Part shown: piece by piece, positions 28,901 to 42,328 of the stretch
How the letters are laid out: each line of letters opens with the position of its first letter
Position numbering within the stretch: position 1 is the first letter of the stretch
Origin: Octopus vulgaris
Lineage: Eukaryota
DNA: 64,000 bases
Direction of reading: 5' to 3'
Assembly (NCBI GenBank): GCA_951406725.2
Contig: OX597815.1
Span: 183,396,001-183,460,000, forward strand
Notes under the pieces: generated by a model
The model's database searches: none
Told to the model about the DNA's origin: nothing
The model's input: the letters and a program-made list of their open reading frames with translations, nothing else
Program-made: the position numbers and the translations under genes

Positions 28901-31900
28901 AAGAAATACTGGGTCTAGACATTTGGAGGAGGGGGCTAATCGATTAAATCGACCCCAGTGTTCAAAGAGTACTTTATCGATCTTCAAAAGATAAAAACCA
29001 AAGTCAGCCTCGTCCAAATTTTGAACTCAGAACATAAAGACGGACGAAATACCGCAAAGTATTTAGTCCAGTTTGTCAAACAGGAACGTGCCGCCTAGGT
29101 AGGCAAGGTAGGTAGTGCCTACCTTGAATAAAATAGATCGATAGCAAAATTTTCCTTTTATGGCAAAATATGCACCTAATTCATTAAAATTATGAAGTTA
29201 CTCTGATTACTATGCATAAAATGCAAAATATTCGAATTTTTGTAAAATATGTAGGCATAATTCGCCGCTGCCTTTCTCAGTATTTAAGCTTCGCGTAATA
29301 CTGCTGTAGTACACGTGCTGCGTACACTCCTACAACAACGTTTTCTTTATGTGTTATAAAAGCAGAAATAAATCTGTCTTCATCTCAGACGCGCGCCTGT
29401 GCTTCGCTTATTTTTTGTGTGTTTTACTACATAGACGTCATCAACTGCTTACCCTGAGTAATTACTGACGTCACCTGTCTGTTGTCAGATAATCATACGC
29501 GATATGCCTATTCAATATACGAGGTTAGCAATTTATGTATTTAGTATTTTATAGCTTACCTAAAAAATTCTATTCTGCATATATATTATCGTGTTTTGAA
29601 GTTTTAGAACAGTGGTTCGCAACTTGCGTTCTGCGGACCCCTGGTGGTACGCAAAAGGTAGTACTGGGGTCCGTGAGCAAAATTCAAAATTTCATATAAA
29701 CATATTAAAAGAGGTCCGTGGGAAAACTCAGTTAAATAACAGGGTTGGAAACTACAGCGAAAAGGTTGGGAACCACCGTTTTAGAAATATAGGATTTAAA
29801 TAAGATATAGAACGTCAGAAATGATAGACGTCTAACAAATAACCTCCCGATTTGAAAGCGAACAAAGTAAAATGGAGGATTAGGGAATGTATCGAATATA
29901 AACACATATACATACCTGCCATGTTGAATTCGCAGTATAAACCTTTATACTTCTCCGTGCATTGGCATTTATTTGGTTGAACACAAGTACCTTCATTTTT
30001 GCATGCTATCGTACAAATTGCTGGAAACAAAAACAGGTTACAGTGCACTTTACAGAATACGTTTATGGGAAACAAATTAAGTAGTGAACGTTAACTCATG
30101 GCATGCATAAATGCAACGAAGACATGGTCGACTCTTCGTGACCAGAAGTATTCAACAGAAATTTCACAACCTTACTAACTCCAATGTAGTTGAGTAGTAG
30201 TAATTGTGGTGTTCGTGTCTTTTATTAGATTATCAGTGGAGCGAGTAACACAATTACAACTAGTAATCGAAAATGGATCGCAGACTCAGTTCTCTGTGAG
30301 CTTTACTACAAACACCTCAACGATCCATTAAACTCAACGCATGTACACAAACAAATTGCGTGCGCATAAAGAAAAGGCACGCATGTACAAATCTGTGTAA
30401 AAATATATTGAAAAGCTCGAATACATTGATTTGCTTATAAAGAAACCAATGTAAAAAAAAAACACGGGAGTGAGCTTTGAAATTGGTGGTATGAACTTGT
30501 ACCGGTCATTCGAACCCTAACCGCTGGATACTCGACTAGACATCACGAGCGAGCCACCACAGCTTCACGTGATTGATTTATGAATCGACAAGTTAGCCTG
30601 ATGCTGTAGCCTGGTATGGCCTCTGGGATGTTCTAAAATGTAACCCTTTTCCACCTTATAAAAAACAGTTTGGCGCCTTACTCGTCGCAGAGTTTTGAGG
30701 GCAGCTGACTGACTCATCTCTTGCCAGGCAGGCAGCCTTCGGCATTCACGTGGACAATTTCGAACTTCGAATAGGCAAATTCGGGTTCTCAGACAGACCC
30801 ACAATGTCCCAGAAGTAGTTTTTACGGACACGATGTGGTTTTTCTCTCCTTCCAGTCTGCAGTTATGATTAATTGTCATTGCAAATAGCCAACACCAAAT
30901 ATCGTGTCCGGCAATAAATATTAAAGTTAAATGTTCGTGGGTTGGCATCATTCCTTATTCACACAGCCAACAACAGCAGCAATATTCCAGACGTACACTA
31001 CAACATGGTCATCCACAGCGACTCAGACGTTTAAAATGTATCACCATTAACCAGGTCGACACGAGCAACCCCACAACAAACTAAAATCAAAATACATCAG
31101 GCTTCTGTAATAACAACTCTTTTGCGTGGCAACATAACTTATAATTTCATAGCGCATTATTGGTTGGAATGCTTTCCTTTTTTCACATATGAATTCGATA
31201 GAGGCTTAAATTATACTAGTATAATAACGACACGTGTTTCGTGGCTATATTTAAGAAATGATAATAGTAATGATAATAGTAGTAAAATCACTTCAATATA
31301 AATATATTCACTCTTCAGGCTAAAGATAAAAACAATAAAATAATTAATTAGATAAATTGATAAATATGCGTAAATAATCTTAGAAAATACGAAATATCTT
31401 AACAAATATATTCTTGTTTAAATAAAAAATAAAAAATAAGATATAATTAATTAAAATATTTAAAACAAATAAATGTTTGTATATATATATAAAATTTGTA
31501 ATAACATTATGAATTCAATAAAGGCTTAAATTCGAGCGTTTGCAGACATCTACATATAATTTTAAGCACTAATTTCTATATACCTACAGAAACTATCTCA
31601 AGAATAAATATTCCCACTTACGTATGTTGCAATATTGTCCTGTCCAACCATCGCAACACGTCTGACTTGTTTCTACGATTTCTCTGTGAGGGGGAAAAAA
31701 ATAACAATTTAATATTATATACAGTTTCTAGAAGAAATCTAAATTTCGACTCTAAATTTCAAATTGAATTTATTATGTTTTATGTAACACATTCTACCAG
31801 TGTACGAAGTTTAAAAGGGTTTAGTTACAAAGAAATTATTTTTAAAATCTGCTGGTCAGAGTGATAAGATCCGTATCTTTTTTTCTTCAGAAATGTAAAT

Positions 31901-34900
31901 AAACCCAATCTGTTTCTTAAACGAATATATAATATGTAATGTGTGTATCTGTGCAACAGAGAGGAAAATTAAAACTGCATATGTTGTGAACTTAGAATAT
32001 GTGTTTATTAATAAAAGTTTAATAACGATAATCTTTTATCCATACCAACGTAACTGATATGAAATATGTCATAAATAACAGTGACAAATTGATATGATAC
32101 CGCAAGAAATTGCTGTTGACAAACAACCGCAGAAATTGTATTCACCTCAATAGACGTCATTGATTGGGTGAAATTGCCGAAATGCAAGAAATCTAACAAG
32201 AAATAGCTTATAAACTACAAAATTTTCTCAACAAAGCCAAGAGAAAAAGATGTTTTATGTAACACATTCTACTAGTATACGAAGTTTAAAAGTGTTTAGT
32301 TACAAAGAAATTATTAAAAAAATCTGCCGGTCAAAGTGAAAAGATCCGAGCACGAAATACCGCTATACGCAGGCAATGTTATTTGTTTTTTTTTAACAAT
32401 GGAAAAGAAAAAAAATTAGCGTCTCAATATATATATGTGTGTGTGTGCGTGTGTTTGTCACTCCCACCATCACTTGACAACCGATGTTGATGTGCTTACA
32501 TACTCGTGGCATAGCGGTTCGGCAAAAGAGACCGATAGAATAAGTACTAGGCTTACAAAGAGTATGTTCTGGGATCGATTTGTTCGACTAAAAGGCGCGC
32601 TGCTCCAGCATGGCTGCAGTGATATGACTGAAGCAAATAAAAGACTAAGAATTTTTAAAAAATAGAATTCAACTTACTTTCGGTATAAACAGTCGCCACC
32701 ATAACTGGTGACGAGCTTGTAACCATGGACCAGAAGAAACGAATTGGAGTCGCAGGAAGCATTTCTCGTAACAGTGCTGTGTTCAGTTACATTACAAAGT
32801 GTTGCCCTGAAAAGTAGATAAACAGAAACAATATTTGAGTAAATAAATTAACAAATACAGTTCTATATTTAAGAGATGAGGAATTATCTACATTATTTAC
32901 GTTATTTACATTTGACGGATATTTGTCCTCATCTTATCTGTTGTTAACACAACGTTTTGGCTGACATACTCTCATCAGGTGTTTTGCAGAAATTTTGAAA
33001 CTGGGTTCTCATTCCTAAGGTATTTTTCGATGTTAACACAACGTTTCGGCTGATATACCCTCCAGCTTTCATCAGGTGTCTTGGGGAACCCAGGTTCGAA
33101 ATTTCCCCAAGACACCTGATGAAGGCTGGAGGGTATATCAGCTGAAACGTTGTGTTAAAAATCAAACAAGGTGAGGACAAATATCTGTCAAATGTAAATA
33201 ATGTAAATAATGCAAATAATGCAAATTAGCAAAGTTAACATATTAAAGATTAAGATATTTGTTTATTTCTGTTACAAGACAACGACGGGAAATCGAATAG
33301 AAAGCGAAATGATGTCGTTAATTTTCATTTAACAAATTATGTATTAGGAGTTGGATACAGCGATTTGTTCCCCCGCAGAATACTGATGAAATTTATTGGA
33401 GCAATTCAAGAAATCAGCTGAAGAAAGAGAAACAAAACCCCACCACCACCACCACCACAAAAAAATTAGCCGCAGGAGTGTCTATGTATTAAGTAGCGAG
33501 AGGAGGCGAGGTTCCTGCGGTTATGGCGAAGGAGCCAACCCCTCCCGCATCAAAGATAAAAAAAGAAAGGAAAAAACGAATGGGATAGTGCCGGAGGTGT
33601 GCAGTGTACTGCCGGCTTGTCCCGAGGCCTCTTCGGTGGGAATCGTGCCACCGACAGAGGAAGCTGTGGCCCCTTCCAGTGAATAAAAGAATATGTGGTA
33701 TTCTATCTTAGGGGAGGGGTTGTTGACAACTTTGTTGAGAGTTGTCTTGATGGTAAGGACCTGATGGACTCAGACTGTACTGATCATCAGCATTGGCCGT
33801 CGCAGGTGGCGCTACTGGTGGTGAAAGAAAGAGAATTCCTTCGAATATTGGAGTCCTGTTCGAAGGAAGATTACAATTGTATCTTTTGGTGCTCCGACTT
33901 GCGGCAGAGGGATTGCCTGCAGGCGGCAAGAGAATTGATAGGGGATGATTGAAGAGACTTGGTGTCTCTGTCTGGGTAAGAGGTTTATTGCCTCATTTTT
34001 GCGTGTTCTTTTTAAAGACAAAAAAAAATTGTAATAAGCTAAAGAGGTTTAATACCTCATTTTGTTTTTTTAAAAAAGAGAATAATGTTTTAGAGAAGCA
34101 AAAAATCAGCGGGCGTTTTTTGTCTTCTCCCATCAATATCATTTGAATTCAACTTCTTTTTTCATCATTCATCTCATTAATGTTTCTGTCCATCTCGCAA
34201 GCTACTCTTTGTAATGCTGTCATGGCAAATTTGATGAAATAAAGTAGCTCGCTTACGCGCATGCGTCGGTTTATTCGCTGTGTTGATTTTTGACGAGCTG
34301 TGTAAGATGACACAGAAGGTGGGCAGTGACGTAAAGTTATTACTCCCGAAAAGGGTTATGGTAAATATGGAAAAGAATACCATCACCTACAAAGTACACT
34401 CCGTGGTGAATAAGAGGTTTTAACAGGTGGAAACGGAAAAATGGAAAAGGCACTGAGGGAACAATCGAGCCAAATTGCGTATATAACAAGAGGAAGTAAA
34501 TACAGAACGGTGGTTGTCCAGTTTAGGACAGTGGAAGAAGCGAGGAGGAGGAAGTAGCGCTTCTGTCCACGTATCTTGGAAGAAAGACTTACAAGGTGAG
34601 GGTAGAAGTAATTCCACCGGATATAGAAGTGGCTTGGGAAGCGGCAGCTGTCCTTGTTAGAAGCGAGGTGAAGGTGGCTGTCCTCCAAGCCACAGAAACA
34701 GAAGAAGGAGGGTGGAAAGGAAGGACACTCCAATTAATTATTCAAGTGGAGGAGGGTCATTTGGCGAACTTGGCAGAGACCGTGACGTTGGGGGAAATCG
34801 TGCTGATGGTGTGGGTAGATGGCAGATCCGAAGGAGGTTATGACCGCCTTGTTGATTAACAGGGAGGAAAAAATAAAATTCCTCCAAATTACATGCCCTG

Positions 34901-37640
34901 CTCCCCAGAATTGGCTCAGGCAGACCATTACTGCAATTGTGCAGGGATCGCAGGAAGCCATTCAAATGCTTCCCGAGAGAGTACTTGTGGGCCTTAGAAT
35001 TCAGGTGGGGGGGGGGGGCAGGAAGCCCACCTGTTACGAATGTGGGAAAAAGGGCCACAATCGTATAGACTGTGTAGAAAGGAAAAAAAAAAAGAAATAG
35101 AGAAAATATAAAAAACAAAATGGCGCAGACATCGGGTCCTACACAAACCCCAAAAATTGTCCCCAAGCCCTCACACCAGCTCTCACACAAGTAAAAATTC
35201 CCAGTCCCCCAACTGCGGTGCTGGCCTCTTAACAAAACACTTCAAACACCCAACCCCTGCTCTCACAAACCCCAACAAAAACAAAAATACCCGCCCCCTT
35301 AAATTTATTGGCACCGAAAGGAAAAAGTGTAACTCCCTCGGACGACACCATGGAGGTGGCAGAGGAGGGGGTATACTGTTGTGCGAAAGGGAACACATGC
35401 ACCATCCCCATCCCTATCCCCTACAAAAAGTAACAAAGATTTAGCACCACAGACAGAAAAAAAATGATCCCGCCCAATTATCCCAGAAATAGAAGAAAAA
35501 CTGGTGCTAGTCGAGTTCGATCCTCGAAATCAATACACAAACGACATTGTGACATCACAGCACACGACGAAACTGTATGATATGCATCTCAAAGAGAGAT
35601 GTACCTGGACAGGAGAAACCGTATACAGGAGGCTAAGGGAAATGCATCCAAAGGCCGTTTGGAATATTCAGGATTTACCAAACTATCTAAAGAAGAAGGA
35701 GGAAGGAGGGGCTGACAAGCGTGTGGTGGGGTCAGCCCCAACGTCACCCGTAAAGAGTAAGTAGAACTTTTGCTTTTTAATGACTGCACTTAACCTTGGT
35801 TGTTTGAATGTGCGTGGTCTGAGTTTGAATTGGAAGCAAGCTTATTTTCTCGACGACCTCAGATCACTGAGACCAAGCTGGACAGTTTACAAACCTTCTC
35901 GCTGCTCCTGAATGGCTATGAGAAAATCATGTCTCTTGGCCAGACCGGAGGACGAGCGGGTGTAGTGGTACTGATCCACAAAGGCTTGGATCTGCAGACA
36001 AGTACGGTTTATGTAGACCCTGAAAGTGGGCTGGTCACCCTTGATGTGACATACAGCAGTAAGGCCTTTAGGTTGATCAAACTCTAGAGGATTCCAAACT
36101 GATTTTTATCGGCGCCTGGAGAACTTTCTCGTGACGTCGAAGACATTGGTGGGGTTAGGAGACTTTAATGCTATTGTTGACGCGCGCATCTATATCGTTG
36201 GCTCGCCCGGTAGGAAAGAGAACTCACGCATCCTGGATCTGTTTAAACGATTTCAGCTAGCAGATCGGTACAGGCTTGACCATTCGAACGTCCCAGAGTG
36301 GACCTGGATTAATGGCGACGGAAGGCTCAAGTCTTATGTAGACAGGATAGCCATAAGAGCTACATATAGGGATAGCTTTAGTTGTCTACAGCTTGCTCAG
36401 GTGTCCTACACTGACCATGAAATGGTTAAGAGAGGAACCGGCTACTGGAAGCTGAACAAGTCTATTTTGACTTGCGAGACAAACCGTAGCCAGATTAAGG
36501 AGCAGCTATGTCACCTTTTTATGTCTGTTCGTCTTTGTCCCCTCTTTGTAATGCCGTCATGGCAAATTTTATGAAATAATGTAGTAAAAGAATAATAGAA
36601 TATCGCAAAACACTAAAATTCACTCCTAACCGACGGCCGAGACTGCTCGTCCTAGTAGTAGTAGTAGAAGTAGTAGCAGCAGCAGCAGTAGTAGTAGTAG
36701 TAATAGCAGTAGTAGTAGTAGCAGCAGCAGCAGTAGCAGTAGTAGTAGTAGTAGTAGTAGTAAAGCCGGCTCAATATACTGGAAACTCGGGCAGTCAACC
36801 GAGGCGTCATGTGCCAGGGGTCGCCAAGGAGGGTATGACAAAGACAAGGAAATTTCCACAACCGTTACCTAGTATACGCCGAAGTTCAGCTTTCACGGGG
36901 CGCCAGCAACCCTAGTGCCCGGCCCTGAGTAGTAGTAGTGGTAGTAACAGCGATACTGATGTAGGGAGATGTTTAATCGATCAGATCGCCCCCCAGTGAT
37001 TGACTGGTACTTTATCTTATCGAACCCGAAAGGATGGAAGGCAAAATTGACCGAAAATGAAAGGCGGAAATTGAATTCTGAACAGAATCTTTTCTATTAT
37101 CGGTACAAGGCCCGAAATTTGGAGGAGGGGGGACTAGTTGATTATATTGATCTCAGAGTTTCACTGGTACTTAATCGATCCCGATAGGATGAAAGACAAA
37201 GTCGACCTCGACGAAGATGGACTACAGCAAATATTCTGCTCAATACCACAGATTTGCTTGTCAGTTGTATGACCTTAACCAGTTGACCATGTCCCTTAGT
37301 GGCTGATGTTACGTCTCTGATCATGTGCAGAAGTAGTGGGGGAGCATCATAGCCATGTGTTGAGGGGGATTCTTTGGGATTTGAATAATTCATCTCTGGG
37401 AACATGGGTATTTCTTTCAACATCTTAAAATAACCTTTGACCTGAAAAAAATTCTAACTGGGTTCCACCTGCAAGGTCATGTGCTGTTTATCTTGATATG
37501 AGATCACCATGTCGCTCACATATGGTTGTGATGCATGTGCCTAGTGTACCCTTATCAGTCGGGTAGTCATGATGGGTATATTGGGCTTCGTATATTTATA
37601 CCTCAATATAACGTTGATGGCATACTCTGCTTTCTCACTC

Positions 37641-37690
<50 letters not shown>

Positions 37691-39386
37691 TCATGCCTTG
37701 ATGCAGTACCAGGCAGTGGCTCTCGTGGCTTCTGGTCTTAACTGATTGGAAGTGTTATCATGTACATTGTTTTGTCTTGGTATAAAAGATGGGCTACAGC
37801 AAATATTCTGCTCAATACCACAGATTTGCTTGTCAGTTGTTTGACCTTAACCAGTTGAGCATGTCCCTTAGTGGCTGACGATATGTGCATCTCTGATCAC
37901 GAGCAGAAGTAGTGGGGGAGCATCATAGCCATGTGTTGAGAGGGATTCTTTGGGGTTTGAATAATTCACCTCTGGAAACACGGGTGGTTCTTTCAACATC
38001 CTTAAACAATCCTTATTCAGGGACCTTTTGAGCGGGATGGGCTACTCAACCTGAAGAAAATTCTAACTGGGCCCCACCTGCAAGGTCATGTGCTGTTTAT
38101 CTTGATATGAGATCACCATGTCGCGCACATATGGTTGTGATGCATGTGCCTGGTGTACCTTTATCAGACGGGTAGTCATGATGGGTATATTGGGCTTCGT
38201 ATATTTTACCCCAGTGTCACTTTGATGGCATGAACTGCTCTCTCACTCAATAATAATAATAATAATGATCATGCCTTGATGCAGTACCAGGCAGTGGCTC
38301 TCGTGGCTTCTGGTCTTAACTGATTTGAAGTGTTATCATGTACATTGTTTTGTTTTGGTATAAAAGATGGGCTACAGCAAATATTCTGCTCAATACCATA
38401 GATTTGCTTGTCAGTTGTTTGACCTTAACCAGTTGAGCATGTCCCTTAGTGGCTGACGATATGTGCATCTCTGATCATGAACAGAAGTAGTGGGGAATCA
38501 TCATAGCCATGTGTTGAGAGGGATTCTTTGGGGTTTGAATAATTCACCTCTGGAAATATGGGTGTTTCGTTCAACATCCTTAAACAACCCTTATTCAGGG
38601 ACCTTTTGAGAGGGATGGTCTACTCCACCTGAAGAAAATTCTAGCTGGGCTCCACTTGCAAGGTTATGTGCTGTTTATCTTGATATCAGATCACCATGTC
38701 GCGCACCTATGGTTGTGATGCATGTGCCTGGTGTACCCTTATCAGATGGGTAGTCATGATGGGTATACTGGGCTTCGTATATTTTACCCCAGTGTCACTT
38801 TGATGGCTGCACTGCTCTCTCACTCAATAATAATAATAATAATTGCCCCGATACAGGACCAGGCAGTGGCTCTCGTGGCTTCTGATCTTAACTGATTGGA
38901 AGTGTTATGTACATTGTTTAGTCTTGGCATAAGGGATGGGCTACAGCAAATATTCTGCTCAATAACACAGATTTGCTCGACAGGTGTTTGACCTTAATCA
39001 GTTGAGTATGTCCCTTAGTGGCTGATGATATCTGCATATCTGATCACGTGAAGAATAAGTGGGGGAGCATCATAGCCATGTGCTGAGAGGAAATCTTTGG
39101 GGTTTGGATAATTCACTTTTGGAAACATGGGTGTGTCGTTCAACATCTTTGAGCAACTCTTATTCGGGGACCTTTTGAGTGGGGTGGGCTATTGATCCCG
39201 AAGAAAATTCTAACTGGGCCCCAACTGCAATGCTCTGTTTATCTTGATATGAGTTCATCATGTCGCGCATATATGGTTGCGATGCATGTGCCTAGTGTAC
39301 CCTTATGAGACAGGTAATCATGATGGGTATACTGGGCTTCGTATATGTCATCCCAGTGTCACTTTGATGACAAGCTTTGCACTCTG

Positions 39387-39437
<51 letters not shown>

Positions 39438-42258
39438 TAAATAGGTACTTTGTCTGTCTATACGTTCTGAGTTCAAATTCCGCAAGGTTGAATTTTGCCT
39501 TTCATCCTTTCGGGGTCGATTAAATAAGTACCAGTTACGCGCACTGGGGTCGATATAATCGACTTAATCCGTTTGTCTGTCGTTGTTTGTCCTCTCTGTG
39601 TGTACCCCCTTGTGGGCAGTAAATAAATAAGAAACATTAGCACGCGGGGCAAAATGCTTAGCAGTATTTCGTCTGCCGTTACGTTCTGAGTTCAAATTCC
39701 ACCGAGGTCGACTTTGCCTTTCATCCTTTCGGGATCGATAAATTAAGTACCAGTAACGCACTGAGGTCGATAAATTAAGTACCAGTTACGCACTGGGGTC
39801 GATGTAATCGACTTAATCCGTTTGTCTTTCCTTGTTTGTCTCCTCTGTGTTTAGCCCCTTGTGGGTAGTAAAGAAATAGGTATTTCGTCTGTCATTACGT
39901 TCTGAGTTCAAATTCCGCCGAGGTCGACTTTGACGTTCATTCCTTTCGGGGTCGATAAATTAAGTACCAGTTGCACAATAGGGTCGATCTAATCTTTCCT
40001 CTGATAATTACGGTTGTTTTTTAATGGTCGTAAAGCGTACTTTGGACCGGACCCTAGTTAATTGTTAATATCTCAGGGTGATCAGCGCCGAGCTGGCAGA
40101 AACGTTAGCACGCCGGGAGAAATGCTTAGAGGTATTTCGTCTGCCGTTACGTTCTGAGTTCAAATTCTGCTGAGGTCGACTTTGCTTTTCATCCTTTCGG
40201 GGTCGATCAAATAAGTACCAGTTATGCACTGGGGAAGATATAATCGACTTAATCCGTTTGTCTATCCTTGTTTGTCCCTTCTGTGTTTAGCCCCTTGTGG
40301 GTAGTAAAGAAATAGGTATTTCGTCCGTCTTTACATTCTGAGTTCTAATTTCGCCGAAGTCGACTTTGCTTTTCATCCTTTCGGGGTCGATAAATTAAGG
40401 ACCAGTTACGCACTGGAGTCGATGTAATCGACTTAATCTGTTTGTCTGTCCTTCTTTGTCCCCTCTGTGTGTACCCGGGGCAAAATGCTTAGCAGTATTT
40501 CGTCTGCCGTTACGTTCTGGGTTCAAATTCCGCCGAGGTCGACTTTGCCTTTCATCCTTTCGGGGTCGATAAATTAAGTGCCAGTTGCATACAGGGATCG
40601 ATCAGATTGACTGGAACCCTCCCCCATAATTTTGTGCCATGTGCCTAGAGTAGAAAAGAATATTAAAGGCGGCGAGCTGGCAGAAACGTTAGCGCGCTGG
40701 GCGAAATGCTAAGCGATATTTCGCCTGTCTTTATGTTCTAAGTTCAATTTCGCCGAGGTCGACTTTGCCTTTCATCCTTTCGGGGTCGATTAAATAAGTA
40801 CCAGTTATGCACTGGGGTCGATGTAATCGACTTTATGCGTTTGTCTGCCCTTCTTTGTCCCCTCTGTGTTTAGCCCCTTGTGGGTAGTAAACAAACGGGT
40901 ATTTCGTCTGTCTATGTTCTGAATTCAAATTCCGCCGAGGTCGACTTTCCCTTTCATCATTTCGGGGTCGATAAATTAAGTATCTGTTGCGACTGGTATC
41001 GATCTAATCGACTGGGCCCACTCCCCCAAAATTTCGGGCCTTGTGTCTAGAGTAGAAAAGAATATCTCAGTGTGTTCGATTCTAGCTTTGTTTTAGCAAC
41101 ATTCTTGGTTTTATCAACCCGTAAAATTAGAGTTAAGAATCATCTGAAATTTGGTTGTCGGTAAGACGGTCTACGTGGTCGCTGTTGGAAATACCAGCCA
41201 CATATCCTACAAATCATATCCTAGTAATGAGATATTCGCCTGTGAATATCACACAATTTTATAATCAATGAATTATCGGTATTCAAAAAAATATATTGTC
41301 TTCAAGTTTTGGCACAAGGCCAGCAACTTCGGGAGACGAGGTAAGTTTATTATACTGACTCCAGTACTTCACTGGTACTTATTTTCAAAAGCAAAGTCGA
41401 CCTCGGCAGAACTTGAACTCAGAATGGACGAAATGCCGTTAAGCATTTTATCCGGCGTGCTAACGATTCTCCTGGATCGCCGCCTTTGCTTTCAATTAAG
41501 CTAGAATGAAAATTGCGGACGCAATTTCAACCATTTAATTTAAACTTTGACGAGTACAGAGTAAGAAAAAAATAACTGAAACGCTTTGGGTCATAGAGCT
41601 GCTGATAAGGTTTGACATAATGCTAAATGACGATAAAACTGACCAAATGATCCTCTACACATTTACCCGACTTGCTAGAAGTGCTAGCCAGATCTTCAAA
41701 TCATCCTCGACTCTCTCTCTCTTCAAAAGGACTCATTGAATAATACAGTCCTATGTGTACCGAGTCTGAGAAAAGATGGGACGTTCTATGTTAGGTCAAG
41801 CGTAACGATAGAGTTACATCAGCTCTTGTTGTTGATGTCTTTGTTGTTTCTCTTGCTGCTTAATCCCAGAACAGCTTTCACCGAAACGTCTTACGATTAT
41901 AACGTTTTTCTTTCTCAGGCAGTTTTTTCTTGTCATACTTTTATCCGATGTGCCATTTTTTGAAACAGTAGGGTATGATGAAAGGGAGAATTACTTGCTA
42001 TTTCCAGTAAGTTTAGCGAACACAAATCATTTGCACAACCGGCTGGAAATAGTAGTCAAATTTCCTTCAAATCACACTATATTATCTTGAAAATAAATAC
42101 AGAAAAGCAGAAAAATACCAGACTATACACTCCTAGATACACTTACGTTGGGACTACTTCGTTTATATCTAACCGTCCACACGTTGGGCAAGTCAGTATT
42201 GAATTCGTGCAATTAAGGGATTATATATGACATTTAAATAGTATATAGTGTATTTTTA

Positions 42259-42328
<70 letters not shown>

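Noticed and set aside
32046-32192. 147-nt open segment with TAG/GTATG ends on the minus strand in intron 2
   Set aside because: Open only in phase 1-1, while the flanking exons need phase 2-2 (that frame has a stop); it also lies between two copies of a transposon-like end.
33383-33425. CTGATGA..GAAA-TCAGCTGA near the Tx1-like 5' end
   Set aside because: No UH cleavage site and no clear helix I or II.
36626-36861. Poly-Leu and poly-Tyr/Cys ORFs
   Set aside because: Translations of a (TAG/CAG)n microsatellite.
37855-37915. GTC..CTGACGA..GAAG hammerhead-like string in the 550-bp unit
   Set aside because: GAAG instead of GAAA, only a 2-bp helix I and no helix III; an HDV-like reading also lacks a convincing P2.
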